A stretch of DNA of 60,536 bases, filler included, from Pseudomonadota bacterium (GCA_040387495.1; 4 parts of 4 records of this genome joined end to end with filler, not necessarily neighbours in it); one strand, 5' to 3'. Counted from the whole stretch's first letter, positions 23,901 to 33,776 are shown. Notes: a model not told the origin generated them from the sequence alone. Numbers and translations are program-made.

Positions 23901-23939
23901 CAATTTCAAAAATATGTCAGATTAAAACAATTTTTTTAG
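20904..23939 (+). CDS. RND efflux permease (AcrB family)
   Basis: GLVVDDAIVVLENI, KNGILIVEFA, RLRPILMT. Confidence 0.95.
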   Translation: MKITEYFIRHPVIAFVINAMVLIVGVLSFDQLSLREYPMINFSTISVLTTYPNASAEIIESSITNVLEDSLAGIEGLLDMQSTTGSGQVDITLNFNVDISMDSAMTAARDAISLAMSDLPKDAKQPIIRKKTAENNGPPFIAISIESDTCDSGALTHYANLNLMNAFRSIPGVSSVSVYGEQYTYEVTLDPKLLYTFGVNVDEVYKVLHDSNDSFPVGKFQDQIPTTLVKSLNSKSDYEKLVIRHATKELPAILLGSVATIVQKTDDTSLRVKVNGKPGIVIAISRGISANPVDVSNLVNKKLQEIEQSLPKDMHINVVLDQAEFVRSSISTIKTSIVESIILVLAIVFLFLRSFRATLIPLITIPISLAGSILFLSAFGCSINIITLLAMVLAIGLVVDDAIVVLENIARHIEEGLSPFDAAVKGGKEIGFAVVAMTFTLMSVFAPIAFIQGAVGLLFVEFAVALAGSVFISGLVALTLSPFMCASLLKSKHRNLWPSVDVFLDKLTLKYEDLLTVLLTKAKLISVGMLCAFGITFILFKVLPHEMAPKEDRGLIIVYTPPLPGKHINALEGRVTEIHQKIGMLPEVESVLVFMGDWGANICFGLTPKNDRKRSVDAIKQSIQTLINDFPSVDTFVRSFDSGLPGLEVSDSTSLSMVISTVDTYSALCEAGKKITKASFDTKAFLSLTHDLNLDSKSYTIDFDSNLLGKLNLDEFVIAKLISTFFSGDKSLTFNKDGISYPIILKGKDKPWTLDELYVTNKMGSRISLGTVGSLKPATQPDRLFHYNQMRSLTLNAQISDSSLDQNMNTFKQLAGSTLPPSYKQTWVGMAKTYKESASTMATLIFLAIIFIYAILAIQFESFLDPFIVMLTVPLAAMGALIVLWLFGQTMNIYTQIGLITLVGLITKNGILIVEFANQQLEQGLSAVDAAKKAAGLRLRPILMTTSAMILGAVPLILSNTSGSEARRIIGAVLVGGLSFGTVLTLIFLPTLYALVKSEQFQKYVRLKQFF

Positions 23940-24021
23940 ATTAGATTGAAATTTTATATTTATGCGTTGGCAAAATCATTCTGATACCAAAATTGTTTCT
24001 ATAAAAGAATTTGTTTTAATA

Positions 24022-24036
24022 TTAATAGTTTATTAA
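24022..24036. promoter_or_regulatory. CtrA-type box
   Basis: TTAA-TAGTTTA-TTAA in intergenic region upstream of mlaD. Confidence 0.4.
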
Positions 24037-24324
24037 GGATATTTGGATAGACTAAAATTAAAGATAAAAGAATATTGTTTTTTGAATAAAAGCAAAAAAT
24101 GGAAAGAAAATAAGTGTAGTTTTTATGCAAAAGAAAATATCAAGTTGATTGCCGGCGTGTTTTGTTGTATGCTTGCCGTTAGTTATTTGATAATAAATTA
24201 ATACAACGCATGTGTGCACTGATTTTTTTGTGCGCAAATTAAATTAGTTGATTTTTTCCAGTTAGAAGAAATTAAAAGCAAAACAGCTTTTGCGTAAATT
24301 TGAGATAAGGGACTAGACTAAACA

Positions 24325-24804
24325 ATGGCAAAAACATCTAATAGTTTTATTGAAACATTTCTTGGCGCATTTGTTATTGTTGTTGCTGCTTATTTTATTT
24401 ATTTCGCATATACATCTGGACAAGATGGACGATCCTTACAAGGTTACACCGTATCAGCGAAATTTCAACGCATTGATGGATTGCATGTTGGAAGTGATGT
24501 GAAAGTAAGTGGCGTTAAAGTTGGTTCAGTTCTTACATTAGAGATTGATCCAAAGTCTTATCAAGCGAAAGCGACTCTTTTTATAAATAATACAATTAAA
24601 TTACCAACAGACTCTACTGCTGCAATTGTAAGTGAAGGATTGCTTGGTGGTAAATATATTGCATTGGATCCTGGTGCAGATTCAGACTTGCTCGCAGATA
24701 AGGGCGTTATCGCCCAAACAGAATCATCTGTTAATTTGGAAACATTATTGAATAAATTTTTATTTTCAAAATCAGATGACAATTCGTCAAAAAAAAAATC
24801 ATAG
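24325..24804 (+). CDS. mlaD: MlaD (MCE domain) lipid-asymmetry protein
   Basis: DGLHVGSDVKVSGVKVG, SEGLLGGKYIALDPG. Confidence 0.93.
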   Translation: MAKTSNSFIETFLGAFVIVVAAYFIYFAYTSGQDGRSLQGYTVSAKFQRIDGLHVGSDVKVSGVKVGSVLTLEIDPKSYQAKATLFINNTIKLPTDSTAAIVSEGLLGGKYIALDPGADSDLLADKGVIAQTESSVNLETLLNKFLFSKSDDNSSKKKS

Positions 24805-25811
24805 CTGACATATCACCAAATAGTGAACAAATAGTTAATGAGACTGAAGAGAAATCTCCAGAAGAGACTGTTGAAGAAGAGAAATCTCAAGAACTAACTG
24901 AAGAAGAACCAGCTGACGAAAAGTCAGATGATGCTGCTGATGACGAAAAATCAGATGATGCTGCTAATGACGAAAAATCCGATGATGCTACTGATGACGA
25001 AAAATCCGATGATGCTGCTGATGACGAAAAGTCAGATGATGCTGCTGATGAAGAAAAATCAGATGATGCTACTGATGACGAAAAGTCAGATGATGCTGCT
25101 GATGGTGATGAAAAATCAGATGATGCTGCTAATGACGAAAAATCCGATGATGCTACTGATGACGAAAAGTCAGATGGTGCTACTGATGAAGAAAAGTCAG
25201 ATGATGCTACTGATGACGAAAAGTCAGATGATGCTACTGATGACGAAAAGTCAGATGATGCTGCTGATGAAGAAAAGTCAGATGATGCTGCTGATGAAGA
25301 AAAGTCAGATGATGCTACTGATGACGAAAAGTCAGATGATGCCGCTGATGAAGAAAAATCCGATAATGCCGCTGATGAAGAAAAATCCGATGATGCAGCT
25401 GATGAAGAAAAATCCGATGATGCAGNNNNNNNNNNNNNNNNNNNNNNNNNNNNNNNNNNNNNNNNNNNNTTAATTAATTAANNNNNNNNNNNNNNNNNNN
25501 NNNNNNNNNNNNNNNNNNNNNNNNNTGCTGAAGAACCTGCTGCTGAAGAGCCTGCTGCTGAAGAACCTGCTGCTGAAGAATCTGCTGCTGAAGAATCTGC
25601 TGCTGAAGAATCTGCTGCTGAAGAGCCCAAGGAAGAAGCGAAAGCAGAGGAACCTAAGGAAGAGGCGAAAGCTGAAGAACCTGCTGCTGAAAAGAAAAAA
25701 GCTAAGGAAAAAATAGAAAAGCCAAAAGCAAAGCAAACGGCAAAGCAAAAAGAAAAATTAACGCAAAAAAAGAAATCTGAAACGAAAAAAGAAGTTGTAC
25801 CAGCTGAGTAA
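24804..25811 (+). repeat. Acidic low-complexity coding repeats (27-bp DDEKSDDAA units; 15-bp EE[P/S]AA units; Lys-rich end), spanning a gap
   Basis: Open frame ADISPNSEQIVNETEEK...(DDEKSDDAA)n to the gap; after the gap (EEPAA)n...KKEVVPAE* at 25809-25811. Confidence 0.8.
25426..25525. other. Artificial contig linker
   Basis: N-run with central TTAATTAATTAA. Confidence 0.98.
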
Positions 25812-25872
25812 GGCTTTGCATTTTTGATGTCAATCGTTACAATGCACTATTAAATAGTAAATATGTATTTCT

Positions 25873-26985
25873 ATGACACGCGCTCAACGACTAAAACTTA
25901 TTTATCTTGTTGCAGATGATCGTTACTTTTGCACACATCGATTGCCACTTGCAATTGCTGCAAAACGACAAAATTTTGATGTACATGTAATTTGTCCAAA
26001 GGGTGATTCATCAGAAAAAATAGTTCATGCTGGATTGACATTCCATCCGATCCCTTTTAATCGAAAAAGCTTAAATCCTTTTGACGGAATTAAAACGGTT
26101 TGGCGAATTTTCAAACTTTATAGGCAGATTAAGCCTGATTGTGTTCATCATGTAGCAATTAAGCCAGTCTTATTTGGCACCATTGCTGGGCGACTTGCAG
26201 GTGTGCCAAACATTATTAATGCTGTTGCTGGTTTGGGGCATGTTTTTGCTTCCCGTTCACGGTTGATTTTTCCATTACGAATGCTGATGTGTGTATTGCT
26301 TCGAACGTCTTGTGTAAAAATCATTGTTCAAAATCCAGAAGATCAGACCGAACTTGAATCACTTGCGCAAAAACCTGTTCACCTTATTTATGGAGCAGGA
26401 GTAGATACTGAACAATTCACTCCATCTGTTACATCGTTGCCTGGCAGTCCTGTTGTTATTACTCATGCCTCGCGTTTGCTTTGGTCAAAGGGTGTTGGGG
26501 AATTAGTCTCGGCTGCTCGTGTTCTTCGTAAACAAAGTCACTTAATTTGTGTGCAAATTGTGGGTGAACCAGATATGCAAAATCCAGATGCAATCCCTAT
26601 AGATACTTTGCAGGCTTGGCATGATGAAGGTGTTATTAAGTGGCTTGGATATCAATCAGATATAGCTGCTATTTATCAAAAAAGTCACATCGCTGTGCTT
26701 GCCAGCTATTATCGTGAAGGTATTCCTAAAACATTGATTGAAGCTGCGTCTGTGGGATTGCCAATTGTTACTACGGATATGCCAGGATGTCGAACTATTG
26801 TTGATCATGGTATAAATGGCTTATTAGTTGAGCCACGAGACGTTGTTGCGTTGACAGAGGCATTAGCAAGATTGATACGTGATCCAGAAATGCGGAGGTT
26901 ATATGGAGAAGCTGGCAGAACCGTTGTGTTAAAACAGTTTACTTCCACCATTATTTATGAACAAACGATAGCTTTATATAAGTAG
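25873..26985 (+). CDS. Glycosyltransferase family 4
   Basis: REGIPKTLIEAA, TTDMPGCR, NGLLV. Confidence 0.9.
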   Translation: MTRAQRLKLIYLVADDRYFCTHRLPLAIAAKRQNFDVHVICPKGDSSEKIVHAGLTFHPIPFNRKSLNPFDGIKTVWRIFKLYRQIKPDCVHHVAIKPVLFGTIAGRLAGVPNIINAVAGLGHVFASRSRLIFPLRMLMCVLLRTSCVKIIVQNPEDQTELESLAQKPVHLIYGAGVDTEQFTPSVTSLPGSPVVITHASRLLWSKGVGELVSAARVLRKQSHLICVQIVGEPDMQNPDAIPIDTLQAWHDEGVIKWLGYQSDIAAIYQKSHIAVLASYYREGIPKTLIEAASVGLPIVTTDMPGCRTIVDHGINGLLVEPRDVVALTEALARLIRDPEMRRLYGEAGRTVVLKQFTSTIIYEQTIALYK

Positions 26986-27010
26986 GGGGCATTTATCCCC
27001 CGTAACTCTG

Positions 27011-28804
27011 TTATACTGTTAACTCTTCCAATTGATCAATTAATCCTTCAATCATGGATAAACCCTTTGTCCAAAAATCAGAGTCAGTTGCATCTAAACC
27101 AAATGGCGCGAGTAGTTCTTTATGACACTTTGATCCACCAGCTTTGAGCAAATCAATATATTTCTCTTGAAAGCCGCTGGGGTTTTGTTGATATACAGCA
27201 AACAGGGAATTAACTAAACAATCGCCGAACGCGTATGCGTAAACATAAAATGGAGAATGGATGAAATGGGATATATATGCCCAGTATGTGCCAATCAATG
27301 GATCTATATGCACAGAATCACCAAGGGCTTCTTTTTGTGTTTCTAACCAAATGGTATTAATCGCATCAAGCGAAAGCTCACCATTTTTACGGCCATTATG
27401 GATTGCAACTTCAAATAAATAGAATGCTACTTGTCTGACAACTGTATTGAGCATATCTTCAATTTTGCCAGCAAGCATCTGACGTTTTTCGGCAGGTGTT
27501 TTAGCCTTCTTAAGTAAGCTTTGAAACGTGAGCATTTCACCAAAAACAGAAGCAGTTTCAGCGAGTGTCAATGGTGTGTCAGCAAGCAAACAACCTTGCT
27601 TAGCAGCCAATACTTGGTGAACGCCATGTCCTAACTCATGCGCAAGTGTCATTACGTCGCGCTTTTTACCATGGAAATTTAATAATATATATGGATGCGC
27701 TGATGGTACTGTGGGATGAGAAAATGCTCCAGAGGTTTTACCGTCAGTTGAAGGTACATCAATCCAATTTTTATCAAAAAAATCGCCTGCAATAGCTGCA
27801 ATGGTAGGGCTAAATTCATTATAGGCATCCATAACAATTTTGCGCGTTTCTAGCCACGTGAATTTTGTGTCATCTGTGTCTGGTAGAGGTGCATTGCGGT
27901 CCCAGTATTGAATAGATTGCACACCCATCATTTTTGCTTTCAGTGCATAATAGCGATGTGAAAGCTTTGGATAGCTTTGTTTGACTGCTGCGACAAGGGC
28001 ATCAACAACATCGGCTTCAACTTGATTTGCAAGATGACGTTCGTGCATTGGGGATGCATAAGCGCGCCACGTGTCTTCGATTTCTTTATCTTTAGCAAGC
28101 GTGTTTGTAATAAAAGCAAATAATGATCCCTTGCTTGATAACCCTTCGGCAAGTGCCATGGCTGCTTGGCGACGTTTTGCTGGGCTTGCATCTGACATAA
28201 GTTCACTCACACCTGATAAGGTTAGTGCATTACCATCTACCAGAAATGACATACCAGCAAGCGTTTCATCGTATAACCGATTGAGTGCACGTGATGAGGT
28301 AAGTGACTTTTCAAGAAATATTTTTTCAAGATCTGGACTTAATTGATGTGCTTTGAAGGAGCGAACTTGGTCAAAGTAAGGTCTGTAGCGTGCAAGTGCT
28401 GGTGATTCGAAAAATGCTGATTCTAGCCGTTCGCCTGTTATTTCATTTAGTTCAAGCGTGAAGAAAATAAAGTGACCACCTAAATTGGTAAGACGTTCTT
28501 GCGTTTGTTGATACATTAACAAAATATCTTGATCTTTGATGTTTTTGTAGTATCTTAGTCCAGCATAACTTGCAAGACGGCCAAAGCGTTCTTGAATAAC
28601 TTCGTACTGGGTTATAGCCTCTAGCAGATCGCTTGCAGACCAGCTTTCATTTTTGAATAAACCTTCGTATTTTTTTTGAAACGCGGCCGACTCTTCTTCA
28701 CCAATAGACCAATCCTGTGCAATAGCAGGATCTTTATCATCTGAATAAAGTGCGCTTAAATCCCATTCAGGGTAGTTTTCTGTGCCAAGTATATCATGTG
28801 TCAT
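27011..28804 (-). CDS. pepF: Oligoendopeptidase F (M3B)
   Basis: WDLSALY, TLAHELGHGVH, AETAS, FYVYAYAFG. Confidence 0.9.
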   Translation of the reverse strand: MTHDILGTENYPEWDLSALYSDDKDPAIAQDWSIGEEESAAFQKKYEGLFKNESWSASDLLEAITQYEVIQERFGRLASYAGLRYYKNIKDQDILLMYQQTQERLTNLGGHFIFFTLELNEITGERLESAFFESPALARYRPYFDQVRSFKAHQLSPDLEKIFLEKSLTSSRALNRLYDETLAGMSFLVDGNALTLSGVSELMSDASPAKRRQAAMALAEGLSSKGSLFAFITNTLAKDKEIEDTWRAYASPMHERHLANQVEADVVDALVAAVKQSYPKLSHRYYALKAKMMGVQSIQYWDRNAPLPDTDDTKFTWLETRKIVMDAYNEFSPTIAAIAGDFFDKNWIDVPSTDGKTSGAFSHPTVPSAHPYILLNFHGKKRDVMTLAHELGHGVHQVLAAKQGCLLADTPLTLAETASVFGEMLTFQSLLKKAKTPAEKRQMLAGKIEDMLNTVVRQVAFYLFEVAIHNGRKNGELSLDAINTIWLETQKEALGDSVHIDPLIGTYWAYISHFIHSPFYVYAYAFGDCLVNSLFAVYQQNPSGFQEKYIDLLKAGGSKCHKELLAPFGLDATDSDFWTKGLSMIEGLIDQLEELTV

Positions 28805-28934
28805 TGCTACAATTTTCCAATAGTTAAAACCACCAATACTTGTCATTGTCGGGCTTGATCCGGCAATCTAGATCCCCAGGGCAAGCCCGGGAATGACATA
28901 TGAGGTAGTTATATGAATTTAGATTAGTGTAGCA
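28805..28934. repeat. Palindromic MITE/REP-like element
   Basis: Core TGTCATTGTCGGGCTTG...CAAGCCCGGGAATGACA (28841-28898) inside outer TGCTACA...TGTAGCA inverted ends. Confidence 0.6.
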
Positions 28935-28961
28935 TGATCATCATTAACGGGGAATGGAGTT

Positions 28962-30209
28962 TTAAGCTGTTGCTGCTTTCATTTTTCCTAATTTGTAGAT
29001 AAAAAAGAGTAAGCCAAGTGAGGCCGTCGCAATGCATCCGCTTGCAACATACATCGTTGCAAGTGAAAAACAATCGGCAATCATGCCACCAAAAAAACCT
29101 GCAAGAAAAATAGAGCCAGCACTAAATAGATAAAAAATACCAAAGCCTGTGCCGCGTAAATCTGCTGGAACAAAGTCAGCAATAAGGGCTAAGAACATGC
29201 TTTCGGTGATACCCCTTTGAATACCCCAAACAGCAACACCAATCATTGCTACGGTAAAATTAGGCGCAAAGGCAAGTAATACATCGGCAACAACAAGGCA
29301 GAAACAACCAAGTGCTAAAATATAATGACGTGGAATTCGGTCAGAAAAACGACCGATCGGATAAGCAGTCAATGAATTCGCTGCATTATATGTAAGAACA
29401 ACCATGGGAACCCATTGCTTTGGAAGGTCGAAATTTATATTAGCATGGAGGCCAAGGAGTGATTCACTTACGCGTGCTAGCATAAAAACAGTAACAATAA
29501 GCATGAGGTACCAAAAGGGTTTTCCTAAGCGTGGCATATCACTTAAGTGCAAAGGATGCCGTTTTGGCTGTGTTTGATTTTCCATTTCCTCTGGCTTTAA
29601 TTTTGAATCTTTCACAAAAATAATCAAAATAATAAGTGCAATTACAGGAGGAATGCAGGCCATCCAAAAAATTTGTTCATAGTTATTTGATGTCCACCAC
29701 ATTGCAAGTACGGCAAGGGCACCCCCAATAACTGAACCTGCATTAGTAAGCGCTGTGCGAAGACCAAAACATTCACCTTTAATGTCTTGTGGTGACAAAT
29801 CGGCAACTAAGGCATCACGCGGTGTAGATTGCATGCCGTTACCAATACGTTCCAATACACGAGAAAAGAAAATAATTGCATAAGCCATGCCTACTGCAAA
29901 GAATGTCACTGAAAAAGCTAATATGGGGCGAGAAAATGTGGCCATACCAAAGCCAATAACCATAATGGTTTTTCGGCGTCTAAAATAGTCACTGATGATC
30001 CCAGAAAAAACTTTAATAATATAAGCAATACCATCAACAGTATGTTCAAGTGTCGATATCCATTGAATTCCAATACCTTGACCATGTAAAAAAATTCCTG
30101 ATAATGAAAAAACAAGTGCAGAGGAAATGTTCAGTAAACAGCTTGCAGTACCAATTGCCCAGATTGACAAAGGAATGGGTGTTTTTATTTTTTTTTCATT
30201 GTTTTTCAT
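28962..30209 (-). CDS. MFS transporter
   Basis: GIISDYFRRRK, PRDALVAD, RGTGFGIF; multiple TM segments. Confidence 0.88.
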   Translation of the reverse strand: MKNNEKKIKTPIPLSIWAIGTASCLLNISSALVFSLSGIFLHGQGIGIQWISTLEHTVDGIAYIIKVFSGIISDYFRRRKTIMVIGFGMATFSRPILAFSVTFFAVGMAYAIIFFSRVLERIGNGMQSTPRDALVADLSPQDIKGECFGLRTALTNAGSVIGGALAVLAMWWTSNNYEQIFWMACIPPVIALIILIIFVKDSKLKPEEMENQTQPKRHPLHLSDMPRLGKPFWYLMLIVTVFMLARVSESLLGLHANINFDLPKQWVPMVVLTYNAANSLTAYPIGRFSDRIPRHYILALGCFCLVVADVLLAFAPNFTVAMIGVAVWGIQRGITESMFLALIADFVPADLRGTGFGIFYLFSAGSIFLAGFFGGMIADCFSLATMYVASGCIATASLGLLFFIYKLGKMKAATA

Positions 30210-30308
30210 AAAATAGTCTAACCATTTCCAAAAAATTAACTTTACTCCGCTAAACTTACGTATAAGCGGTTGCTTAAAATATATTCAAATAAATACTAGG
30301 AGAACACG

Positions 30309-31091
30309 ATGTTCAAAGAAAAAACTGTTTTGATTACTGGGTCAACCAGCGGAATAGGTCTCGCTATTGCCGAAGTTTTTGCCACGCAAAACGCAAATAT
30401 AATACTCAATGGGGTAGAATCCATAAACGAAATTAACCCAATTTTGGAAGAAATGTCAAGAAAAACACAAGGGGTTGTGGTGTATGAAAAAGTAAACTTG
30501 GCTAAACCAGATGAAGTTGAAGCTATGATGACACGCATTCATCAGCAATTTGGTGCAATTGATATACTTATTAACAACGCATGCATTCAACATGTGAGTC
30601 CAATTGAGGCTTTCCCCATAGAAAAATGGGATTTTATTTTAGCGTTGGGTTTGTCGTCTGTATTCCATACGATTCGTTTAGCTTTGCCGCAGATGCGTGC
30701 AAAAGGGTGGGGACGTATTATTAATATAGCATCTGTGCATGGTCTGGTTGCATCGGCTGAAAAGGCGGCCTATGTTGCAGCGAAGCATGGTGTTGTGGGA
30801 CTCACTAAGGTGGTGGCACTTGAAACGGCACAAGATTCAATTACCTGTAATGCAATTTGTCCAGGGTGGGTGCTTACTCCGCTGGTTCAAAAGCAAATTG
30901 AACAACGCGCGATTGCAAAAGGTATGTCAGTTGCAGAAGCTGAACATGATTTATTGTCGGAAAAACAACCCTCTCTGGCATTTGTTAAACCAGAGGACTT
31001 GGCAGCATTGGCATTATTTCTATGCAAAGATGAGGCCGCCCAGATGACAGGCGGAGCTATTGCGATGGATGGTGGTTGGGTGAGTCGTTAG
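30309..31091 (+). CDS. bdhA: 3-hydroxybutyrate dehydrogenase (SDR)
   Basis: TGSTSGIG, ASVHGLVAS, YVAAKHG, CPGWVLTPLV, LLSEKQP. Confidence 0.9.
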   Translation: MFKEKTVLITGSTSGIGLAIAEVFATQNANIILNGVESINEINPILEEMSRKTQGVVVYEKVNLAKPDEVEAMMTRIHQQFGAIDILINNACIQHVSPIEAFPIEKWDFILALGLSSVFHTIRLALPQMRAKGWGRIINIASVHGLVASAEKAAYVAAKHGVVGLTKVVALETAQDSITCNAICPGWVLTPLVQKQIEQRAIAKGMSVAEAEHDLLSEKQPSLAFVKPEDLAALALFLCKDEAAQMTGGAIAMDGGWVSR

Positions 31092-31104
31092 TTATGTTGT
31101 TTTC

Positions 31105-32418
31105 TTATTGTGTGAGAGTATCTGCCAGATGAATTGTAGCAATTCTTAGATGAAGGGCATATTCATCAGGAATGTTATTTTTTATTGATTCTGTTACAGC
31201 TTCCTCAAATTCTTTTGGATGTGAGGCTTTGAGATCCTTATTGACCTCTTCTGCTTCTTCATGTGCTTTTACAAGCTTTAATTGAATATCAGATGGAACC
31301 CAAATATTTTGGAAAGAAGCAAAAGATATGCTGCCACATGGACAGTAAGTTAACGTTGTGTAAAATCCACCAAGGCCGCCATCGTGTGTAAACACAAGCT
31401 TATCATTAATCATAGTTTTTCCTATCCCATAACAGTAAAAGTGATCAGGCTTTGTTTCATCTAGGATCACGTAACCCTTAAGCATAATTTCCGTAAGTCC
31501 CGGTGTTAAAGAGATAGAACTATGAAGGCTACGATTCCAAATAAGAAGATCATCCACAGTTGAAACAATTCCACCTGCAGCACGTAGATAGCTATTATGC
31601 CAATAAGGCGAAATTTCAATTAATGGCGAGTCGCGTTCGATACCACATGTATAACCACGGGCAAGGTTAGGATAATCACCTGAATCTTTCATTGTTTTTC
31701 CAGTACCTTCGTCGGGCAAAAACGTACTAGTCATGCTTAAAGGTTTAAAAAAATGAACATCAAGATATTGACTGAATTTTATGCCGCTCAAACGTGCAAC
31801 AACTTCGCCGAGTAAAAAGTAACCAGAATTACAGTATTTAAATTTTGCACCTGGCTCAAACTTAGCGCGTTCGTTTTTAAATGTACTAATAAGTTCTGCT
31901 ACAGAAATTGGATTTCCTAAATTCTCTCTAAAACTTGGAACTTCTGTATATGACACAATCCCAGCTGTGTGGGTCAAAAGATGATGCAATGTGACGCGGT
32001 TCACCCATTCAGGCATGTCGCCCATCCATAGCGGATCCGTCGCAGGCAAATAATCAGATAGTGGTTTATGCAATGCCTCGCGTACTCCATCAACATTTTC
32101 GTGACGAGCATAAAGAACATGCAAAATCGCCGCAGCAGTGAATTGCTTGGTGACTGAACCTATAAAAAATTGTGTATCAGGTCTACATGGTTGTGCGGGA
32201 ATCGTTGAATTGTCTGCGATTCCAAACCCCTTTGCATAAATGGTTTTGTCACCCAAAGCCATAGCAGCAGCGCCATTTATTTTATGTGTTTCTTTAAATT
32301 TGTGAACTTTTTCTGTAATGAGAGCTGTTGTTATTTCTTCATTCTTTAGCGAGATATCTGTGGCGGAGGTTGAATGTGCGATAGTAGAAAAGAGTAATAA
32401 AAATGTAAAAAATTTCAT
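31105..32418 (-). CDS. Secreted serine hydrolase (beta-lactamase/PBP-like)
   Basis: Signal peptide; SVTK (SxxK), LLTHTAG, YCN, HDG. Confidence 0.88.
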   Translation of the reverse strand: MKFFTFLLLFSTIAHSTSATDISLKNEEITTALITEKVHKFKETHKINGAAAMALGDKTIYAKGFGIADNSTIPAQPCRPDTQFFIGSVTKQFTAAAILHVLYARHENVDGVREALHKPLSDYLPATDPLWMGDMPEWVNRVTLHHLLTHTAGIVSYTEVPSFRENLGNPISVAELISTFKNERAKFEPGAKFKYCNSGYFLLGEVVARLSGIKFSQYLDVHFFKPLSMTSTFLPDEGTGKTMKDSGDYPNLARGYTCGIERDSPLIEISPYWHNSYLRAAGGIVSTVDDLLIWNRSLHSSISLTPGLTEIMLKGYVILDETKPDHFYCYGIGKTMINDKLVFTHDGGLGGFYTTLTYCPCGSISFASFQNIWVPSDIQLKLVKAHEEAEEVNKDLKASHPKEFEEAVTESIKNNIPDEYALHLRIATIHLADTLTQ

Positions 32419-32652
32419 ATTTCAAGTCCTAGAGTATAAAGTTGTACGTATTTATATCTTACTTTATATAGCTCTTCAAGTTTAATTTGATCGTACAATA
32501 CCTTTAATTTGTGTGTTGCCAAGAGGTGATCCAGGCATCTCAAAGATAAAAGCTCAATAAAACGCTACATCACTGGGTCACCAGCCACGACATAGACTTG
32601 GACGTAGCCGAGAGTCCAGTGGGTCTACGAAAAAATAAATGTGAGATATATT

Positions 32653-32676
32653 ATCAAATTAACTTTAATTGCTATA
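32653..32676. mobile_element. Solo IS630-like terminal remnant
   Basis: ATCAAATTAACTTTAATTGCTATA resembles the IS630 end at 104-128. Confidence 0.45.
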
Positions 32677-32806
32677 GGTCGTAACATGTCTTTGATGAAA
32701 ATGAAAAAGCTGTAACGAGTAAGTCGCGTGTGGATCTTGTTTGTGTATTAAGAAATTGACTGTAAATGGTGGCATCCCAAATATCTGGCATAAAAAAAAC
32801 CTCTGG

Positions 32807-33667
32807 TTAATGCTGCTGTTTCATAATAGCGTCAACTAGCTTGGCTGCTTGTACAGATTCTTCAACATCATGCACACGAACAATTTGTGCACCCTTCATT
32901 ATACCGATTGTGAGTGCGGCAAGACTTCCTCCCAGGCGTTCATTAACGGGAGCATTTACCGTATACCCGATAAAAGATTTACGTGACGCGCCAAGCAAGA
33001 TTGGATAGCGTAATTTAGGTATTTCATGAAACCGTGCCATTATTTCAATGTTTTGCTCAACTGTTTTGCCAAAACCAATTCCTGGATCGAGGATGATTTT
33101 GGATGGATCAACGCCATTTTCAAGTGCGAATAATACTTGTTTATCCAGATCTCTGTAAATACATACGATAATATCTTCTGAGTCATCAATGTCTTTTTTG
33201 ATGTAGCGTCCTCCAAGTCTTGTTTTTTCAACTGTGCTAGCATTGAAAGAATGCATGATAATGATATAGCATTGATGCGTTGCTGCAACATGAACCATTT
33301 GGGCGTCAAGTAATAAGCCGCTGACATCATTGATAATGCATGCCCCGTGTTTGAGTGCTTCGTCAGCAACAATTGCTTTTGTTGTGTCTATAGAAATAGG
33401 AATATCAAAATTTTGATGGATAGCTTCTATAATGGGAATAACGCGGTCAAGCTCTTCTTGTAAGCTAACAGGCGTGGCGCCAGGTCTTGTGCTTTCGCCA
33501 CCTATATCTAAAATATGGCAACCGGTTTTTACAAATAATTCAGTTTGTTTAAGGGCTGAATCAATCGAAGTGCAAGCATATAATCCATCTCCCGAAAATG
33601 AATCTGGCGTAACATTAATAATGCCCATGATATGCGTATGACTTTTAAAATTAAAGAGTACAGTCAT
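32807..33667 (-). CDS. folP: Dihydropteroate synthase
   Basis: MGIINVTPDSFS, DIGGESTRPG, DPGIGFGK, SRKS, IVRVHDV. Confidence 0.96.
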   Translation of the reverse strand: MTVLFNFKSHTHIMGIINVTPDSFSGDGLYACTSIDSALKQTELFVKTGCHILDIGGESTRPGATPVSLQEELDRVIPIIEAIHQNFDIPISIDTTKAIVADEALKHGACIINDVSGLLLDAQMVHVAATHQCYIIIMHSFNASTVEKTRLGGRYIKKDIDDSEDIIVCIYRDLDKQVLFALENGVDPSKIILDPGIGFGKTVEQNIEIMARFHEIPKLRYPILLGASRKSFIGYTVNAPVNERLGGSLAALTIGIMKGAQIVRVHDVEESVQAAKLVDAIMKQQH

Positions 33668-33700
33668 TGCTATTTCAATTTATATATATGAGGGGAGATT

Positions 33701-33776
33701 TGGTGGGCCCTGAAGGATTCGAACCTTCGACCACCTGATTAAAAGTCAGATGCTCTACCAACTGAGCTAAGGGCCC
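33701..33776 (-). tRNA. tRNA-Lys(UUU)
   Basis: GGGCCCTTAGCTCAGTTGGTAGAGCATCTGACTTTTAATCAGGTGGTCGAAGGTTCGAATCCTTCAGGGCCCACCA; cloverleaf with encoded CCA. Confidence 0.98.

Noticed and set aside
24928..25473. ORF-track protein (MMLLMTKNQ)n
   Set aside because: Shadow frame of the 27-bp repeat; the acidic frame is open longer and is compositionally plausible
25426..25525. TTAATTAATTAA as a biological motif
   Set aside because: Standard all-frame-stop contig linker, identical at three gaps
25470..25748. Minus-strand (FFSSR)n ORF
   Set aside because: Antisense shadow of the EEPAA/EESAA repeats
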